64,000 bases of DNA from Sandaracinaceae bacterium (GTDB lineage: Bacteria > Myxococcota_A > Polyangia > Polyangiales > Sandaracinaceae), in contig JBGAQA010000004.1 of the NCBI GenBank assembly GCA_044220955.1, positions 81,413-145,412 on the forward strand, read 5' to 3'. The position numbers and the translations under genes are program-made. Each line of letters begins with the position of its first letter. Position 1 is the first letter of the stretch. The notes under the pieces are model-generated. The model worked only from the letters and a program-made list of their open reading frames with translations. It was not told where the DNA came from and did not search any database. This document shows, piece after piece, positions 26,938-37,390 of this stretch.

Positions 26938-28692
26938 ATGACGACGAATGACGCGTTGCGGCGGAGCGCCGAGCGCTGGATGGCCGACGACCCCGACCCG
27001 GACACCCGCGCCGAGATCGCGGCGCTGCTCGTGAGCCTCGGCGGCGGCGCCGACCTCGCGGATCGCTTCTCGCAGCGGCTCGAGTTCGGGACGGCGGGCC
27101 TGCGCGGCGTGATCGGCGCCGGACCGAACCGCATGAACGTGAAGGTCGTCCGCGAGGCGACCGCAGGGCTCTGTGCCTACCTGATGGCGACGACCGAGGG
27201 CGCGCGCGAGCGCGGCATCGCGATCGGCCGTGACGGCCGGCGCATGAGCCCCGAGTTCGCGGACGAGGCCGCCGAGGTCGCGCTCGGCGCGGGCTTCCGC
27301 GTGATGATGTTCGACCGTCCCACGCCGACGCCGATCCTCGGGTTCGTGGTGAAGGAAGCGAACGCCGCCGCCGGGATCATGATCACCGCGAGCCACAACC
27401 CGCCCGAGTACAACGGCTACAAGGTCTACTGGGGCAACGGCGCCCAGATCATCCCGCCCCACGATCACGGCATCGCGAAAGAGATCGATGGCAGCGCGCC
27501 CGCGACGAAGCTGCCGCGCAAGTCGCCGGCGGCGGCCGGCGATCGCTTCCGGTGGCTCGGAGACGGCGAGATCGATCGCTATCACGCGGCGATCCAGAAG
27601 CTCGTCGTCCGTCCGAAGGGCCCGCGCGATCTCGCGATCGCGTACACGGCGCTGCACGGCGTCGGCGACGTCCCTTGCCGGCGCGGCCTCGCGGAGGCGG
27701 GGTTCACGAACGTTCGCTCGGCGCAGGCGCAGGCGCAGCCGGACGGCGCGTTCCCGACGGTGCGCTTCCCGAATCCGGAGGAGAAGGGCGCGATGGATCT
27801 CGTGCTCTCGCTCGCGCGCGAGATGAAGGCCGACCTGGTCGTCGCGAACGATCCCGACGCCGATCGGCTCGCGATCGCGGTGCCTCGCGGCGACGGCGGC
27901 TACGTCCAGCTCTCGGGCAACGACGTGGGGTGCCTGCTCGCGCACTACCTCCTGAGCGAGGGAGATCCGAGCGGCGATCGCGCCGTGCTGAGCTCGATCG
28001 TCAGCTCGCCGATGCTCGGCGCCATCGCGCGCGCGCACGGCGCGTACTGGGAGGAGACGCTCACGGGCTTCAAGTGGATCGCGAACCGCGCGATGGACCT
28101 CGAGGCGTCCGGCAAGCGCTTCGTCATGGGGTACGAAGAGGCGCTCGGGTACACCATCGGGGACGTGGTGCGCGACAAGGATGGGGTGAGCGCGGCGCTG
28201 GTGTTCGCCGACCTCGCGGCCTGGTGCCGCGAGCGGGGGACCAGCGTGCTCGGCGAGCTCGACGCGATGGCGCGCCGCTATGGCCTCTACCTGTCGCGGC
28301 AGGTCTCGGTGACGATGAAGGGCCAGGATGGCGCGGCGAAGATCGCGGCGATCATGAGCGCCGTGCGCGCCGCGCCCCCGGCCTCGCTCGGGCGCTACCG
28401 CGTCGAGGCCGTGATGGACCTGCAAGCGCGAGCGCGCGTCCGCGGCGCCCTGCGCGAGCCCCTCGCTCTGCCGCCCTCGAACGCGATCGCGCTCGAGCTC
28501 GAGGGCGGACACCGCGTCATGCTCCGCCCGAGCGGGACCGAGCCGAAGATCAAGTACTACTTCGACGTATGCGAGCGCGTCGCGGACGCCGAGACGGTGA
28601 GCGACGCGCGCGCGCGCGGCGAGATCGCGGTCAGCGCACTGGTGGAGGCGTTCACCTCGATGGTCGAGGCGAAGGCGAAGGGCCCGGCGTGA
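26938..28692 (+). CDS. Phosphoglucomutase/phosphomannomutase
   Basis: FGTAGLRG, ITASHNP, DPDADR, GYEEALG, RPSGTEPKIK. Confidence 0.95.
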   Translation: MTTNDALRRSAERWMADDPDPDTRAEIAALLVSLGGGADLADRFSQRLEFGTAGLRGVIGAGPNRMNVKVVREATAGLCAYLMATTEGARERGIAIGRDGRRMSPEFADEAAEVALGAGFRVMMFDRPTPTPILGFVVKEANAAAGIMITASHNPPEYNGYKVYWGNGAQIIPPHDHGIAKEIDGSAPATKLPRKSPAAAGDRFRWLGDGEIDRYHAAIQKLVVRPKGPRDLAIAYTALHGVGDVPCRRGLAEAGFTNVRSAQAQAQPDGAFPTVRFPNPEEKGAMDLVLSLAREMKADLVVANDPDADRLAIAVPRGDGGYVQLSGNDVGCLLAHYLLSEGDPSGDRAVLSSIVSSPMLGAIARAHGAYWEETLTGFKWIANRAMDLEASGKRFVMGYEEALGYTIGDVVRDKDGVSAALVFADLAAWCRERGTSVLGELDAMARRYGLYLSRQVSVTMKGQDGAAKIAAIMSAVRAAPPASLGRYRVEAVMDLQARARVRGALREPLALPPSNAIALELEGGHRVMLRPSGTEPKIKYYFDVCERVADAETVSDARARGEIAVSALVEAFTSMVEAKAKGPA

Positions 28693-29573
28693 TGCGCGGC
28701 ATGCTCGTCGCGCTCTGGCTCGCGCTCCCGTCGGCAGCGCTCGCGCAGGCCGCCGCGCCGGACGCCGAGCTCGCCGCGATCCGCGAGCAGGTCCTCTACG
28801 CCTCGTATCCGGACGCGATCGAGCAAGCGAACGCGCTGCTCGCTCGCACCGACCTCGACGCGGCGCAGCGCAACACCGCCTTGGAGCTGCTCGCGACGGC
28901 GCAGATCGCCAACCAGGAGCCGGACGCGGCCCGCGAGACGCTGCGCCTGCTCTACGCGCGCGACCCGGGCTTCCGCCTGACGGACGCCGACGCGAGCCCG
29001 CCCGTCGTCAGCGCGTTCGCCCGCGCGCGCGAGGCGCACCCCGAGCCGGTGCGCGTCACGCTCGGCCACAGCTCGCCCGGGACGCTCTCGCGCCGCGAAT
29101 CGCCTGCGATCACGGTGCACCTCCTCGACGGCGCGGACGCGGTGGGCGAGGTGCGCCTCGCGTACCGTCACGCGGGGGATCCCGGCTACTCGCGCGTCGT
29201 GCTCGATCGACACCCCGACGGCTCCTACGTCGCGCGCATCCCGGTGATCGGGGCGACCGAGCAGGCGATCGACGTCGCGTACTATCTCACCGCGGTGTCG
29301 CCGAGCGGCACCGAGCTCGGCCACCTCGGCAGCGACGCCCAGCCGCTCGCGCTGCGGATCCCGGGCGACGTGCCCCGCGCCGACGCGATCCCGCCCGGCG
29401 CGATCTCGGACGCGCCGCCGCAGCGAGGCGGCGACGTCGCGAGCGAGCCCTGGTTCTGGATCCTCGTCGGCGCCCTGGCGATCGGCGCGGGCGTGGGGAT
29501 CGGCCTCGGCGTCGACGCCGCCACGCGCGGGCCCGAGGGGGGCACGCTCGGGACCGTCACGCTCATGCACTGA
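28692..29573 (+). CDS. Secreted TPR-like/Ig-like protein with C-terminal TM
   Basis: TGATG coupling; signal peptide ALA-Q; SPPV motif; PWFW plus TM helix. Confidence 0.7.
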   Translation: MRGMLVALWLALPSAALAQAAAPDAELAAIREQVLYASYPDAIEQANALLARTDLDAAQRNTALELLATAQIANQEPDAARETLRLLYARDPGFRLTDADASPPVVSAFARAREAHPEPVRVTLGHSSPGTLSRRESPAITVHLLDGADAVGEVRLAYRHAGDPGYSRVVLDRHPDGSYVARIPVIGATEQAIDVAYYLTAVSPSGTELGHLGSDAQPLALRIPGDVPRADAIPPGAISDAPPQRGGDVASEPWFWILVGALAIGAGVGIGLGVDAATRGPEGGTLGTVTLMH

Positions 29574-29585
29574 ACGAGGCCCGCC

Positions 29586-30647
29586 ATGACGCTCCCTCAC
29601 AGGTCGATGTCCCTCGCGCTCGTCGCCACCGTCCTCGCTTGCTCGCAGGCCAGCCCCGCCGTCGACGCGGCGGCTCCGGTGGACGCCGCGCTCGCGGTCG
29701 ATGCCGGGAGCGACGCCGCGAGCGCGTGCGCGGACGTGACGGGCGCGTACGTGCTGGGTGGCGGCTGTACGAGCACCGCGGTCGCGCCGATCCCGCTGGT
29801 CTGCGTGACCGCGCAGACCGCCTGTCATGCCGAGGTCCAGTACGCGGTGTTTCCTCCGGCCGAGGTGTCGGGCTCCATCCGCGGCGCGTCCGTGAGCTTC
29901 GCGGGCTGCACGCTGGAGACGGGCTCGGTCGCGAGCCTGCACTGCGACGTGCCCGGGGGCGCGACGTGCGACGGGAGCGGCACGCGCGTCGACGTGCCCG
30001 GCGCGGGCGGCTACTGCTGCGCGGCCGGGAGCGCGAGCGCCTGCGCGAGCGGTGAGCGCTGCACGATCGTGAGCACCGACTCGGCCAACACGCAGACGCT
30101 GACTGCGTGCGTCGCGGCCGGGAGCCTCGCCGAGGGCGCGCGCTGCACCCGCACCGGAGGACGCGTCGGGCAGGACGACTGCGGCCCGGGCCTGTTCTGT
30201 GCGAACACGCGCCAGCCGGACCTCGCGACGCGCGTCTGCCAGCGCCTCTGCTCGAGCGAGGCCGACTGCACGAGCGGCGAGCGCTGCCTCTGGCTCGGCA
30301 GCACGCCGCCCGCCGGCGTCTGCACGGCCGCGTGCACGATCGGCGGGTCGGACTGCCCGACCGGCACCACCTGTCGCGCCGGCACCTCGCTGATCGCGGG
30401 CGCACCGACGCCGGCGCAGCGCTACGCGACGTTCTGCCACCAGGCCGGCGCCGGGCTGCTCGCCGGGGCGTGCGACGATCCGACCGACTGCGGGCCGAAC
30501 CTGACGTGCCCGCTCTCGGGCGACTCCGCCACGGTGGCCAACACGTGCCGCCCGACGTGCGACGCCACGCATCCCTGCGCCAGCGGCACCTGCACGGCCT
30601 TCGCCGGGGTCCCCAATCCCGCCGGCGCCGGGTTCTGCGCTCCGTAG
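29586..30647 (+). CDS. Cys-rich lipoprotein (CxxxxDCxxGxxC repeats)
   Basis: Lipobox VLA-C, DAA/DAG linker, many regularly spaced Cys. Confidence 0.8.
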   Translation: MTLPHRSMSLALVATVLACSQASPAVDAAAPVDAALAVDAGSDAASACADVTGAYVLGGGCTSTAVAPIPLVCVTAQTACHAEVQYAVFPPAEVSGSIRGASVSFAGCTLETGSVASLHCDVPGGATCDGSGTRVDVPGAGGYCCAAGSASACASGERCTIVSTDSANTQTLTACVAAGSLAEGARCTRTGGRVGQDDCGPGLFCANTRQPDLATRVCQRLCSSEADCTSGERCLWLGSTPPAGVCTAACTIGGSDCPTGTTCRAGTSLIAGAPTPAQRYATFCHQAGAGLLAGACDDPTDCGPNLTCPLSGDSATVANTCRPTCDATHPCASGTCTAFAGVPNPAGAGFCAP

Positions 30648-30768
30648 CGCGCAGGTCGCGCGAGGCGTTTTCGGCACTCCCCGCATCCGGCTCCGGGTGC
30701 TATGTTCTCCACGTCTCGAAAGGCGTGGACCGGCAGCTCGCCGGCCGCGACTGGACGTGACGACCGAC

Positions 30769-31683
30769 ATGACCCAGCCGATCCCGCGCGTATCTCGCGT
30801 GACCGTCCCCGTCTTGCGTCAGATGAAGTCCGATCACCGTACCGGTCGGACCGGCGAGCGGATCGCGATGGTCACCGCGTACGACGCGACGTTCGCGCGC
30901 ATGCTCGACGAGGCCGGCGTCGACGTGCTGCTCGTCGGTGACTCGCTCGGAATGGTCGTCCAGGGTCTCGACTCGACCTTGCCCGTCACGCTCGACGAGA
31001 TGGTCTACCACTGCCGCGCCGTCGCACGGGGCGTGCGCGCGGGCAAGGACGGCGGGCGAGCGCTCGTCGTGGGCGATCTGCCTTTCATGACCTATCAGGT
31101 GTCGCCCGAGGAGGCGCTGCGCAGCGCCGGGCGCTTCCTCTCGGAGGGCGGCGCGCACGCGGTGAAGCTCGAGGGTGGCGTCTCGATCGCGCCCACCATC
31201 GCGCGCCTCGTCGAGGTCGGCATCCCCGTGATGGGCCACATCGGCCTCACGCCGCAGAGCGTGCACGCGATGGGCGGCTTCAAGGTCCAGGGCAAGACGG
31301 AGAGCGACGCGGCCCGTGTGATGGCCGACGCGCGCGCCGTGGCCGACGCGGGCGCGTTCGCGATCGTCCTCGAGGGGATCCCGATGGACCTCGCACGCCG
31401 GATCACCCTGGAGCTCGAGATCCCCACGATCGGCATCGGCGCCGGTGTGCACTGCGACGGACAGGTGCTCGTGAGCTACGATCTGCTCGGGCTCACGCCG
31501 AACCTGCGGCCGAAGTTCGTGAAGCGCTTCGCCGAGCTCTACGAGGACGGAAAGCGCGCGACGCAGGCGTTCGTCGACGAGGTGAAGCGCAGCGCCTTCC
31601 CGACCGACGAGCACTCGTTCGGCGTCGGCGCGAGCGCGGCCGCGGTCGCGGTGCCGCCGCCGGGCACGTACGGTCCCCACTGA
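30769..31683 (+). CDS. panB: 3-methyl-2-oxobutanoate hydroxymethyltransferase
   Basis: [43 protein letters not shown]. Confidence 0.97.
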   Translation: MTQPIPRVSRVTVPVLRQMKSDHRTGRTGERIAMVTAYDATFARMLDEAGVDVLLVGDSLGMVVQGLDSTLPVTLDEMVYHCRAVARGVRAGKDGGRALVVGDLPFMTYQVSPEEALRSAGRFLSEGGAHAVKLEGGVSIAPTIARLVEVGIPVMGHIGLTPQSVHAMGGFKVQGKTESDAARVMADARAVADAGAFAIVLEGIPMDLARRITLELEIPTIGIGAGVHCDGQVLVSYDLLGLTPNLRPKFVKRFAELYEDGKRATQAFVDEVKRSAFPTDEHSFGVGASAAAVAVPPPGTYGPH

Positions 31684-31697
31684 GCCGAGGTCCGGCT

Positions 31698-32558
31698 TTG
31701 ACACGCATCGTCGAGAGTCCGGCAGCGTTTCGCGGCGCCCTCGAGGTGGCTCGGGCGATGGGACATCGCGTGGGCTTCGTCCCGACGATGGGCGCGCTCC
31801 ACGACGGGCACCTCGCGCTCGTCAGCGAGGCGCGCTCGCAGGGCGCGAGCTTCGTCGCGGTGTCGCTCTTCGTGAACCCGACGCAGTTCGGGCCGAGCGA
31901 GGACTTCACGCGCTACCCGCGCACCTTCGATCAGGACTTCGCGCGCTGCCGCGACGCGAAGGTGGACGTGCTCTTCGCGCCGCAGCGCGAGGCGATGTAC
32001 CCGCCCGGCTTCTCGTCGGTCGTGGAGGTGAAGGGCCTCACCGACGTGCTCGAGGGCGTGCACCGGCCCGGGCACTTCGCAGGCGTCGCGACGGTCGTCT
32101 GCAAGCTCTTCGGGCTCGCCGCGCCCTGCGTCGCCGTGTTCGGCCGCAAGGACTACCAGCAGTGGAAGGTCGTCGAGCGCATGACGCGCGACCTCGATCT
32201 GCCCGTCGAGATCGCCGCGATGCCGACGGTGCGCGAGCCGGACGGCCTCGCGCTCAGCTCGCGCAACCGCTACCTCTCGCCGGAGGAGCGCGAGCGCGCG
32301 CTGGGGATCGCGCGCGGCATCCGCGCCGCGATGCACGCGTTCGACGAGGGCGAGCGCAAGGCCGCCTCGCTGCTCTCGCTCGCGCGGGCCGAGATCGAGC
32401 CCGCGTTCGACGCGATCGACTACGTCGCCATCGCCGACGCCGACACCCTTCAGCCCCTCGACCGCGTCGAGGAGCGCGCGCTCCTCGCCGTCGCCGCGAA
32501 GATCGGAAAGACACGGCTCATCGACAACGTCGTGTTCGGCGAAGACCGCGTGCCCTGA
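31698..32558 (+). CDS. panC: Pantoate--beta-alanine ligase
   Basis: VPTMGALHDGH, FVNPTQF, RPGHFAGV, FGRKDYQQ, GLALSSRN, RLIDN. Confidence 0.97.
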   Translation: MTRIVESPAAFRGALEVARAMGHRVGFVPTMGALHDGHLALVSEARSQGASFVAVSLFVNPTQFGPSEDFTRYPRTFDQDFARCRDAKVDVLFAPQREAMYPPGFSSVVEVKGLTDVLEGVHRPGHFAGVATVVCKLFGLAAPCVAVFGRKDYQQWKVVERMTRDLDLPVEIAAMPTVREPDGLALSSRNRYLSPEERERALGIARGIRAAMHAFDEGERKAASLLSLARAEIEPAFDAIDYVAIADADTLQPLDRVEERALLAVAAKIGKTRLIDNVVFGEDRVP

Positions 32559-32564
32559 CGCCCG

Positions 32565-33323
32565 TCACCAGACGAACGGGACGATGGCGCGGCGCTCCTT
32601 CGGGTAGTCGGGGAACTTGTCGTGGTACCAGCGGTGGTGCGTCACCGCGCGCGGGGCGAGGTTGGCGAACGTGTAGACGGTGAACGCGAGGCCCGCGAGG
32701 GACCACGTCGCGATGGCCCAGCCCGCCCACTCGAGGATCTCGCCGAAGTAGTTCGGGCACGTGATGAAGCGGTAGAGGCCGCCGTGCGGGATCTTGTAGC
32801 CGGTCTCGCCCGGCTTCCTGAGGTTCATCAGCACCCAGTCGGCGTGCTGGTTGATCGCGAACCCGGTGGCGAACACGGCAGCGCCGACGACGAAGCGGGC
32901 GTCGTGGAGCCAGCTCGCGTCGTAGGTCCCGAGCTCCGATACCCAGCGAGCGTTGACGTACGCGTTCAGCAGGTTGAACACGATCGCCGTCGCGACGATC
33001 GAGAGCGGCGTCGTCTTCCCGTCCGCCTTGATGCGGAAGGGGAAGACGAACGTGCGGTTCACGTAGTGGATCTGCCAGATCAGGAGCAGCGCGAGCGGCG
33101 CCGGCTCGAGGGCGTGCCGGCCGGCGACGTAGATGGCCGCCCAGCCGACGCACGCCGGCAGCTCCATGAGCACCCAGCCGAGCCGCTGCGAGACCTCCGG
33201 GCCCCAGCCCTTGCGGGCGTGCCGGCCGTAGGGCGCGCTGACCACGAACAGAGAGAGAAAGGTGAGGGTCCCGAGCCCGAGCTCCGCCCACGTCGCGTAT
33301 CGATGCAGCTCCAGTTCGGGCAC
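32565..33323 (-). CDS. 3-oxo-5-alpha-steroid 4-dehydrogenase (SRD5A/DET2 family)
   Basis: APYGRH, WVLMELP, HYVNRT, LRKPGETGYKIPHGGL, CPNYFGEILEW, NLAPRAVTHHRWY. Start at GTG 33323 or 33350. Confidence 0.92.
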   Translation of the reverse strand: MPELELHRYATWAELGLGTLTFLSLFVVSAPYGRHARKGWGPEVSQRLGWVLMELPACVGWAAIYVAGRHALEPAPLALLLIWQIHYVNRTFVFPFRIKADGKTTPLSIVATAIVFNLLNAYVNARWVSELGTYDASWLHDARFVVGAAVFATGFAINQHADWVLMNLRKPGETGYKIPHGGLYRFITCPNYFGEILEWAGWAIATWSLAGLAFTVYTFANLAPRAVTHHRWYHDKFPDYPKERRAIVPFVW

Positions 33324-33395
33324 GGCCGCGGAGGATAATCGGATCGACACGGGCGATTGAACAAAACCCGGGTGTTCGTCAGTCTAAAGCGCGCC

Positions 33396-33968
33396 ATGGC
33401 CCGTTTCGTACTGTTTGCGCCTGCAATCGTCGTCCTCGCGCTCGTCCTCGAGCCACGTCTCGCGCACACCCAGGACGCCGGCACCGCCGCCGCGCCGACG
33501 CGCACCGAGGACGAGCTGCGCGCGCTCTACGCGGGCGCGTGGAACCTGACGGTCAGCCACGCGAGCGGGCAGGCGACGATCGATCGCGGCATCGAGCGCT
33601 GCGTGAGCGAGATGAACTACTTCGTGCAGAGCATCGCGCGCAGCCAGATGACCGAGCAGACGCCGGTCAACGACCGCATCGACATCGCGTTCCCGGACGG
33701 GCAGATCACCATCGGCTTCGACGGGCGCTTCACGTACACGACCCGCCCCGGCGTCTCGCAGGACTTCGACCTGCCCGACGGCGCCTCGGTCACGGTGCGC
33801 CAGTACTTCCGCGACGGTCATCTCGAGCAGTACTTCGAGCACTCGCTCGGCCGTCGCTGGAACGTGTACGCGCTGAGCGCCGACGGGCACACGATGACCG
33901 TGCGCGCGACGCAGCAAGGGCCGATGATGCCCGTGCCGATGAGCTTCGCGCTCGACTACCGCCAGTAG
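33396..33968 (+). CDS. Hypothetical secreted protein
   Basis: Signal-peptide-like N-terminus; beta-rich body; good codon bias. Confidence 0.7.
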   Translation: MARFVLFAPAIVVLALVLEPRLAHTQDAGTAAAPTRTEDELRALYAGAWNLTVSHASGQATIDRGIERCVSEMNYFVQSIARSQMTEQTPVNDRIDIAFPDGQITIGFDGRFTYTTRPGVSQDFDLPDGASVTVRQYFRDGHLEQYFEHSLGRRWNVYALSADGHTMTVRATQQGPMMPVPMSFALDYRQ

Positions 33969-34025
33969 GAAATTTGGGCGCGATCAGGAGCGCGCGTAGG
34001 GTCGGCTGGAAGGAGAGGTCCGCCC

Positions 34026-34355
34026 ATGCCGCTCAAGACGTCGCCCGCCGCCGATCGCCGCATCCACAAGGTCTATGTGACGCGCAACACGGAGTACCAC
34101 CTGCGCAAGGACCAGTGCGTGGCGGTGCGCGACCGGCGCAGCGGCGAGTGGCTCCGCGCCCACCTCGCGCTCAAGCAGCGCATCCACGGCGGGCTCAAGT
34201 TCAGCCGTCAGGGCGGCATCCACGCGACCGTCGGCCTGCCCGACGTGGGCGAGTCGATGTTCTTCCACGCCGAGGGCCGCGACCTCGTGACGAGCCCCGT
34301 GCTCTCGATCGATCGCCCGGCCCGTGGAGTGGTCGCCCGCTACCCGGGCGCGTGA
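34026..34355 (+). CDS. Small hypothetical protein (VTRNTEYH motif)
   Basis: AGGAGAGG RBS, strong codon bias. Confidence 0.75.
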   Translation: MPLKTSPAADRRIHKVYVTRNTEYHLRKDQCVAVRDRRSGEWLRAHLALKQRIHGGLKFSRQGGIHATVGLPDVGESMFFHAEGRDLVTSPVLSIDRPARGVVARYPGA

Positions 34356-34367
34356 CAGGATCCCCGC

Positions 34368-35276
34368 ATGCGTACGTGGCTGCCCGGCTCGCTCCTCCTC
34401 GCGCTCGTGGGCGCGGCGTCGCCGGCACTCGCGCAGTCCGGTGATCGCGCCCTCACCTCGCTCGACGCGGTGCAGAGCGCCTGCCGTGCCGCCGACCAGG
34501 ACGGCAACACGACCTCGCTCTACTCGGTCACGGTGGACAACCCGTGGCGTTTCGACGAGCGCGACGAGGACTTCCTCCCACTCGACACGCGTCGCAACCT
34601 GCGCGCGTTCTCCGGCTCGGTGGAGCTCTTGCCCTCGCACATGGAGATGATCGGATTCGTCGCGAGCACCGCGCGCGGCGCCGAGCTCGAGGCGGCGCGC
34701 AGCTCGGGGGCGCGCCTGCGCGTGGGCTTCTTCCTGGGCTTCGACGACCCGGAGCGCTCGAGCTGCCTCATCCGACCGCGCGCGGGCGTGACGCTCGTGC
34801 GCATGGACGTGGCGTTCGTCGAGCTGGTCGACGGCTCCGGACGCCTCGTCGCGCGCGAGGACACCGAGCGCTACCGGTCGTGGCACGACGACGAGGGGCG
34901 CGACGGAATTCCGGGGACGGGGCCGCGCGCTGCGGTCGGCACGGCCACCATCGCCGACGGCGCAGCCGTTCCGGACAACTGGGCACGGGCCATCCGCGCC
35001 GCCGCCGCCGGCGCGCTCGTCCGGACGCTCGGCGCCTGTCACGCGGCCGGCGTCACGCGGGGCGCCTCGCCCGAGGCGACCATCCGCGTGCGCCTTCACG
35101 TCGAGGGCCGAACCGGTCACGTGGTCGAGTCCTCGGTCGAGATCGCGAACGTCGGCGACACGGACGAGGTCGACTGCATCGTGGAGGCCGTGGGTCACCT
35201 CGACCTCCCGGCCGCGACCGGCGACGTGGCCGCGCGAGCCGTGGATCTCTCGATCCCGATCACGCTGGCGAACTGA
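34368..35276 (+). CDS. Secreted protein with C-terminal TonB-C/AgmX-like domain
   Basis: Signal peptide ALA-Q; C-terminal LGACH...IRVRLHVEGRTGHV...DCIVEAV...LSIPITL pattern. Confidence 0.6.
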   Translation: MRTWLPGSLLLALVGAASPALAQSGDRALTSLDAVQSACRAADQDGNTTSLYSVTVDNPWRFDERDEDFLPLDTRRNLRAFSGSVELLPSHMEMIGFVASTARGAELEAARSSGARLRVGFFLGFDDPERSSCLIRPRAGVTLVRMDVAFVELVDGSGRLVAREDTERYRSWHDDEGRDGIPGTGPRAAVGTATIADGAAVPDNWARAIRAAAAGALVRTLGACHAAGVTRGASPEATIRVRLHVEGRTGHVVESSVEIANVGDTDEVDCIVEAVGHLDLPAATGDVAARAVDLSIPITLAN

Positions 35277-35473
35277 CCGACGCTCGTGCCCCGATCGGAC
35301 TGCGCTCGGGTCGAGCGCGATCGACCGGAGTGCTCGCCGACGGCGGGCCGACGCACTCGTGTCGTGTCCGCGGAGCGGACGCGTCCGGTTGATCGTCGGC
35401 CAGGCCGCGTCGCGATGCGAGTGCCCGCGGCCAGCTCGAGGTCGGCCGGCCCGAGGAGGCGGTCCTCACAGCG

Positions 35474-37330
35474 CTAGGGCGCGAAGACCGCGCCGTCGGC
35501 GAACGAGATCGCGCCGTTCGTGCCGCCCCAGACGATCATCTCGGTGCCGTCCCACACCGCGGAGTGATCGGCGCGCGCGCTCGGAGCGCCGGCCCCGGGC
35601 AGGGTCGTCCAGGTGTCTCCGGTGGGCGAGTACGAAGCGCCGTCGCCGAGGTAGCCCGCCTCCGTGCCGCCCCACACCATCATCTGCGAACCGTTCCACA
35701 CGGACGTCGCGCCGATCCTCCCGACGATCGGCGGCGCGGCCATGCCGGTCCACGTGTCGGTGGAGAGGGTGTAGCGCCCGCCGCTGGTCAGGCGCGTCTG
35801 GCCTGCGTTCCAGCCGCTCCACACGATCATCTGCGTGCCGGTCCACACCGCCTGATGGTGCGAGCGTGCGGGAGGACGTCCCGTGTTGGTGATGTTCGCC
35901 CACGCGTTGCCGACCGGGTCGTAGCGGCCGCCATCCTGCAGGACGCTCGACGGCACGCCGTTGCCGATGTCGCCGCCCGTCGCGTTCTCGCCGCCCCAGA
36001 CGAGGAAGCGTGTGCCCGTCCAGAGCGCGGGTGCGTAGCGCCGCTGGCTCGGGTCGCCCGCCGTCGCGGTCGTCGTCCAGCCGGTGCCGTTGAAGAGCGC
36101 GCCGTCCTGACGGATCGAGGTGGCGTCCCAGCCGCCGAAGACGAAGAGCAGGCCGTCGACGTCGTCCCACGCGTACGCGAAGCGTGAGCGCGCAGCGGGC
36201 GAGGTGCCCGGCAGCGGAGCCCACGTGTCGGTCGCGGGATCGTAGATCCCGCCGTCGGCCAGCCAGCCCGTGGTGCCGCGGTATCCGCTCCACACGATCA
36301 TGCGCGTGCCGGTCCAGACCGCGGCGTGTCCGCGTCGCGCGCCGGGCGCGCCGGTCGTGGACACCGGGAGCCACGTGTTCGTGGACGGCTGGAAGCGGGC
36401 GCCGGTGTTGAGCTCCGCCGCGCCCGTCGTGCCGCCCCAGACGATCATCTCCGTCCCGGTCCAGACGGCGGTGTGCTGGCTGCGCCCGGAGGGCGCGCCC
36501 GTCGCGCTCACGACACCCCAGCCATGGCAGGCGCCCGCGCTGCACGTCTGACCCGGGAAGCACGCGTGTCCGCAGGTGCCGCAGTTCGCCGGGTCGACGT
36601 CGGTGTGCGTCTCGCAGTCGGGCGAGGCCGCGCTGCAGCTCCGGTACCCGGGGTTGCACAGGTACTCGCATCCGGTGCTGCCGCAGCTCGTCGCGGTGTT
36701 CGCGAGCGTGAGGCAGGCATCGCCGCAGGTGAGGCAGTGGGTCGTGGTCCCGAGCGTCGTCTCGCAACCGTCGGAGTACGTGGCGTTGCAGTCGCCGAAG
36801 CCAGTCGTGCATCCCGAGATGGCGCAGATGCTGGCCGTGCACGTCGAGGTCGCGTTCGTCACGGCGGCGCACGCCGCGCAGGAGCCGCAGTGGTTCACGT
36901 CGCTCGTCGTGTCGACGCACGCGAGGCTGCAGCACATCTGGGCGCCGACGCAGAGCGCGCAGGGGCCGGCGTCGCTTCCGGCGTCGCTTCCGGCGTCGCT
37001 TCCGGCGTCGCTTCCGGCGTCGCTTCCGGCGTCGCTTCCGGCGTCGACCGGGCCGACGTTCGCGTCGCTTCCGGCGTCGGTCCCCACGTCCGGCAGATTC
37101 GCGTCGGCTCCGGAGTCCGGCAGGCCCATGTCCGGCGTGCCCGCGTCGAGCCCGGTGTCGGCGAGCGCGGCGTCGCCGGCGTCGCGTCCGGCATCGAGGG
37201 GCGCGTCCATCGCTTGCGCGTCGGTGGATGCGTCGATCGGGCGCGATCCCAGGGCGCTGCGGGACAGGGAGCAGGCCGGGACCGACAGCACCACGAGCCC
37301 GGACACGAGCCAGGACAGCCAGGAGCGCAT
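35474..37330 (-). CDS. Lipoprotein with DAGS linker, 3 Cys-rich repeats and a Kelch beta-propeller
   Basis: 3' part of ORF 35474..41659. Lipobox VPA-C; repeats PxxRxxHxAVWTGTxMIVWGG. Confidence 0.9.
   Translation of the reverse strand: MRSWLSWLVSGLVVLSVPACSLSRSALGSRPIDASTDAQAMDAPLDAGRDAGDAALADTGLDAGTPDMGLPDSGADANLPDVGTDAGSDANVGPVDAGSDAGSDAGSDAGSDAGSDAGSDAGPCALCVGAQMCCSLACVDTTSDVNHCGSCAACAAVTNATSTCTASICAISGCTTGFGDCNATYSDGCETTLGTTTHCLTCGDACLTLANTATSCGSTGCEYLCNPGYRSCSAASPDCETHTDVDPANCGTCGHACFPGQTCSAGACHGWGVVSATGAPSGRSQHTAVWTGTEMIVWGGTTGAAELNTGARFQPSTNTWLPVSTTGAPGARRGHAAVWTGTRMIVWSGYRGTTGWLADGGIYDPATDTWAPLPGTSPAARSRFAYAWDDVDGLLFVFGGWDATSIRQDGALFNGTGWTTTATAGDPSQRRYAPALWTGTRFLVWGGENATGGDIGNGVPSSVLQDGGRYDPVGNAWANITNTGRPPARSHHQAVWTGTQMIVWSGWNAGQTRLTSGGRYTLSTDTWTGMAAPPIVGRIGATSVWNGSQMMVWGGTEAGYLGDGASYSPTGDTWTTLPGAGAPSARADHSAVWDGTEMIVWGGTNGAISFADGAVFAP
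36966..37046. repeat. Perfect 12-bp tandem repeat (CCGGCGTCGCTT) x6.75, encoding (DAGS)6
   Basis: Directly counted identical units. Confidence 0.95.
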
Positions 37331-37390
37331 CCATCGATGATGCCACGGAAGCGACCCCTCCAAACAGAGCCGCGGTATGCTCCGGGCGCC

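Noticed and set aside
33359..33377. GAACA-N9-TGTTC inverted repeat between divergent genes
   Set aside because: Arms are only 5 bp, which is not distinguishable from chance.
35277..35473. About 200-bp gap between convergent genes as a possible ncRNA
   Set aside because: Only short GC hairpins; no recognisable RNA family features.
36966..37046. Tandem repeat as a CRISPR array
   Set aside because: Contiguous 12-bp units without spacers, in frame within a CDS, and no cas genes.
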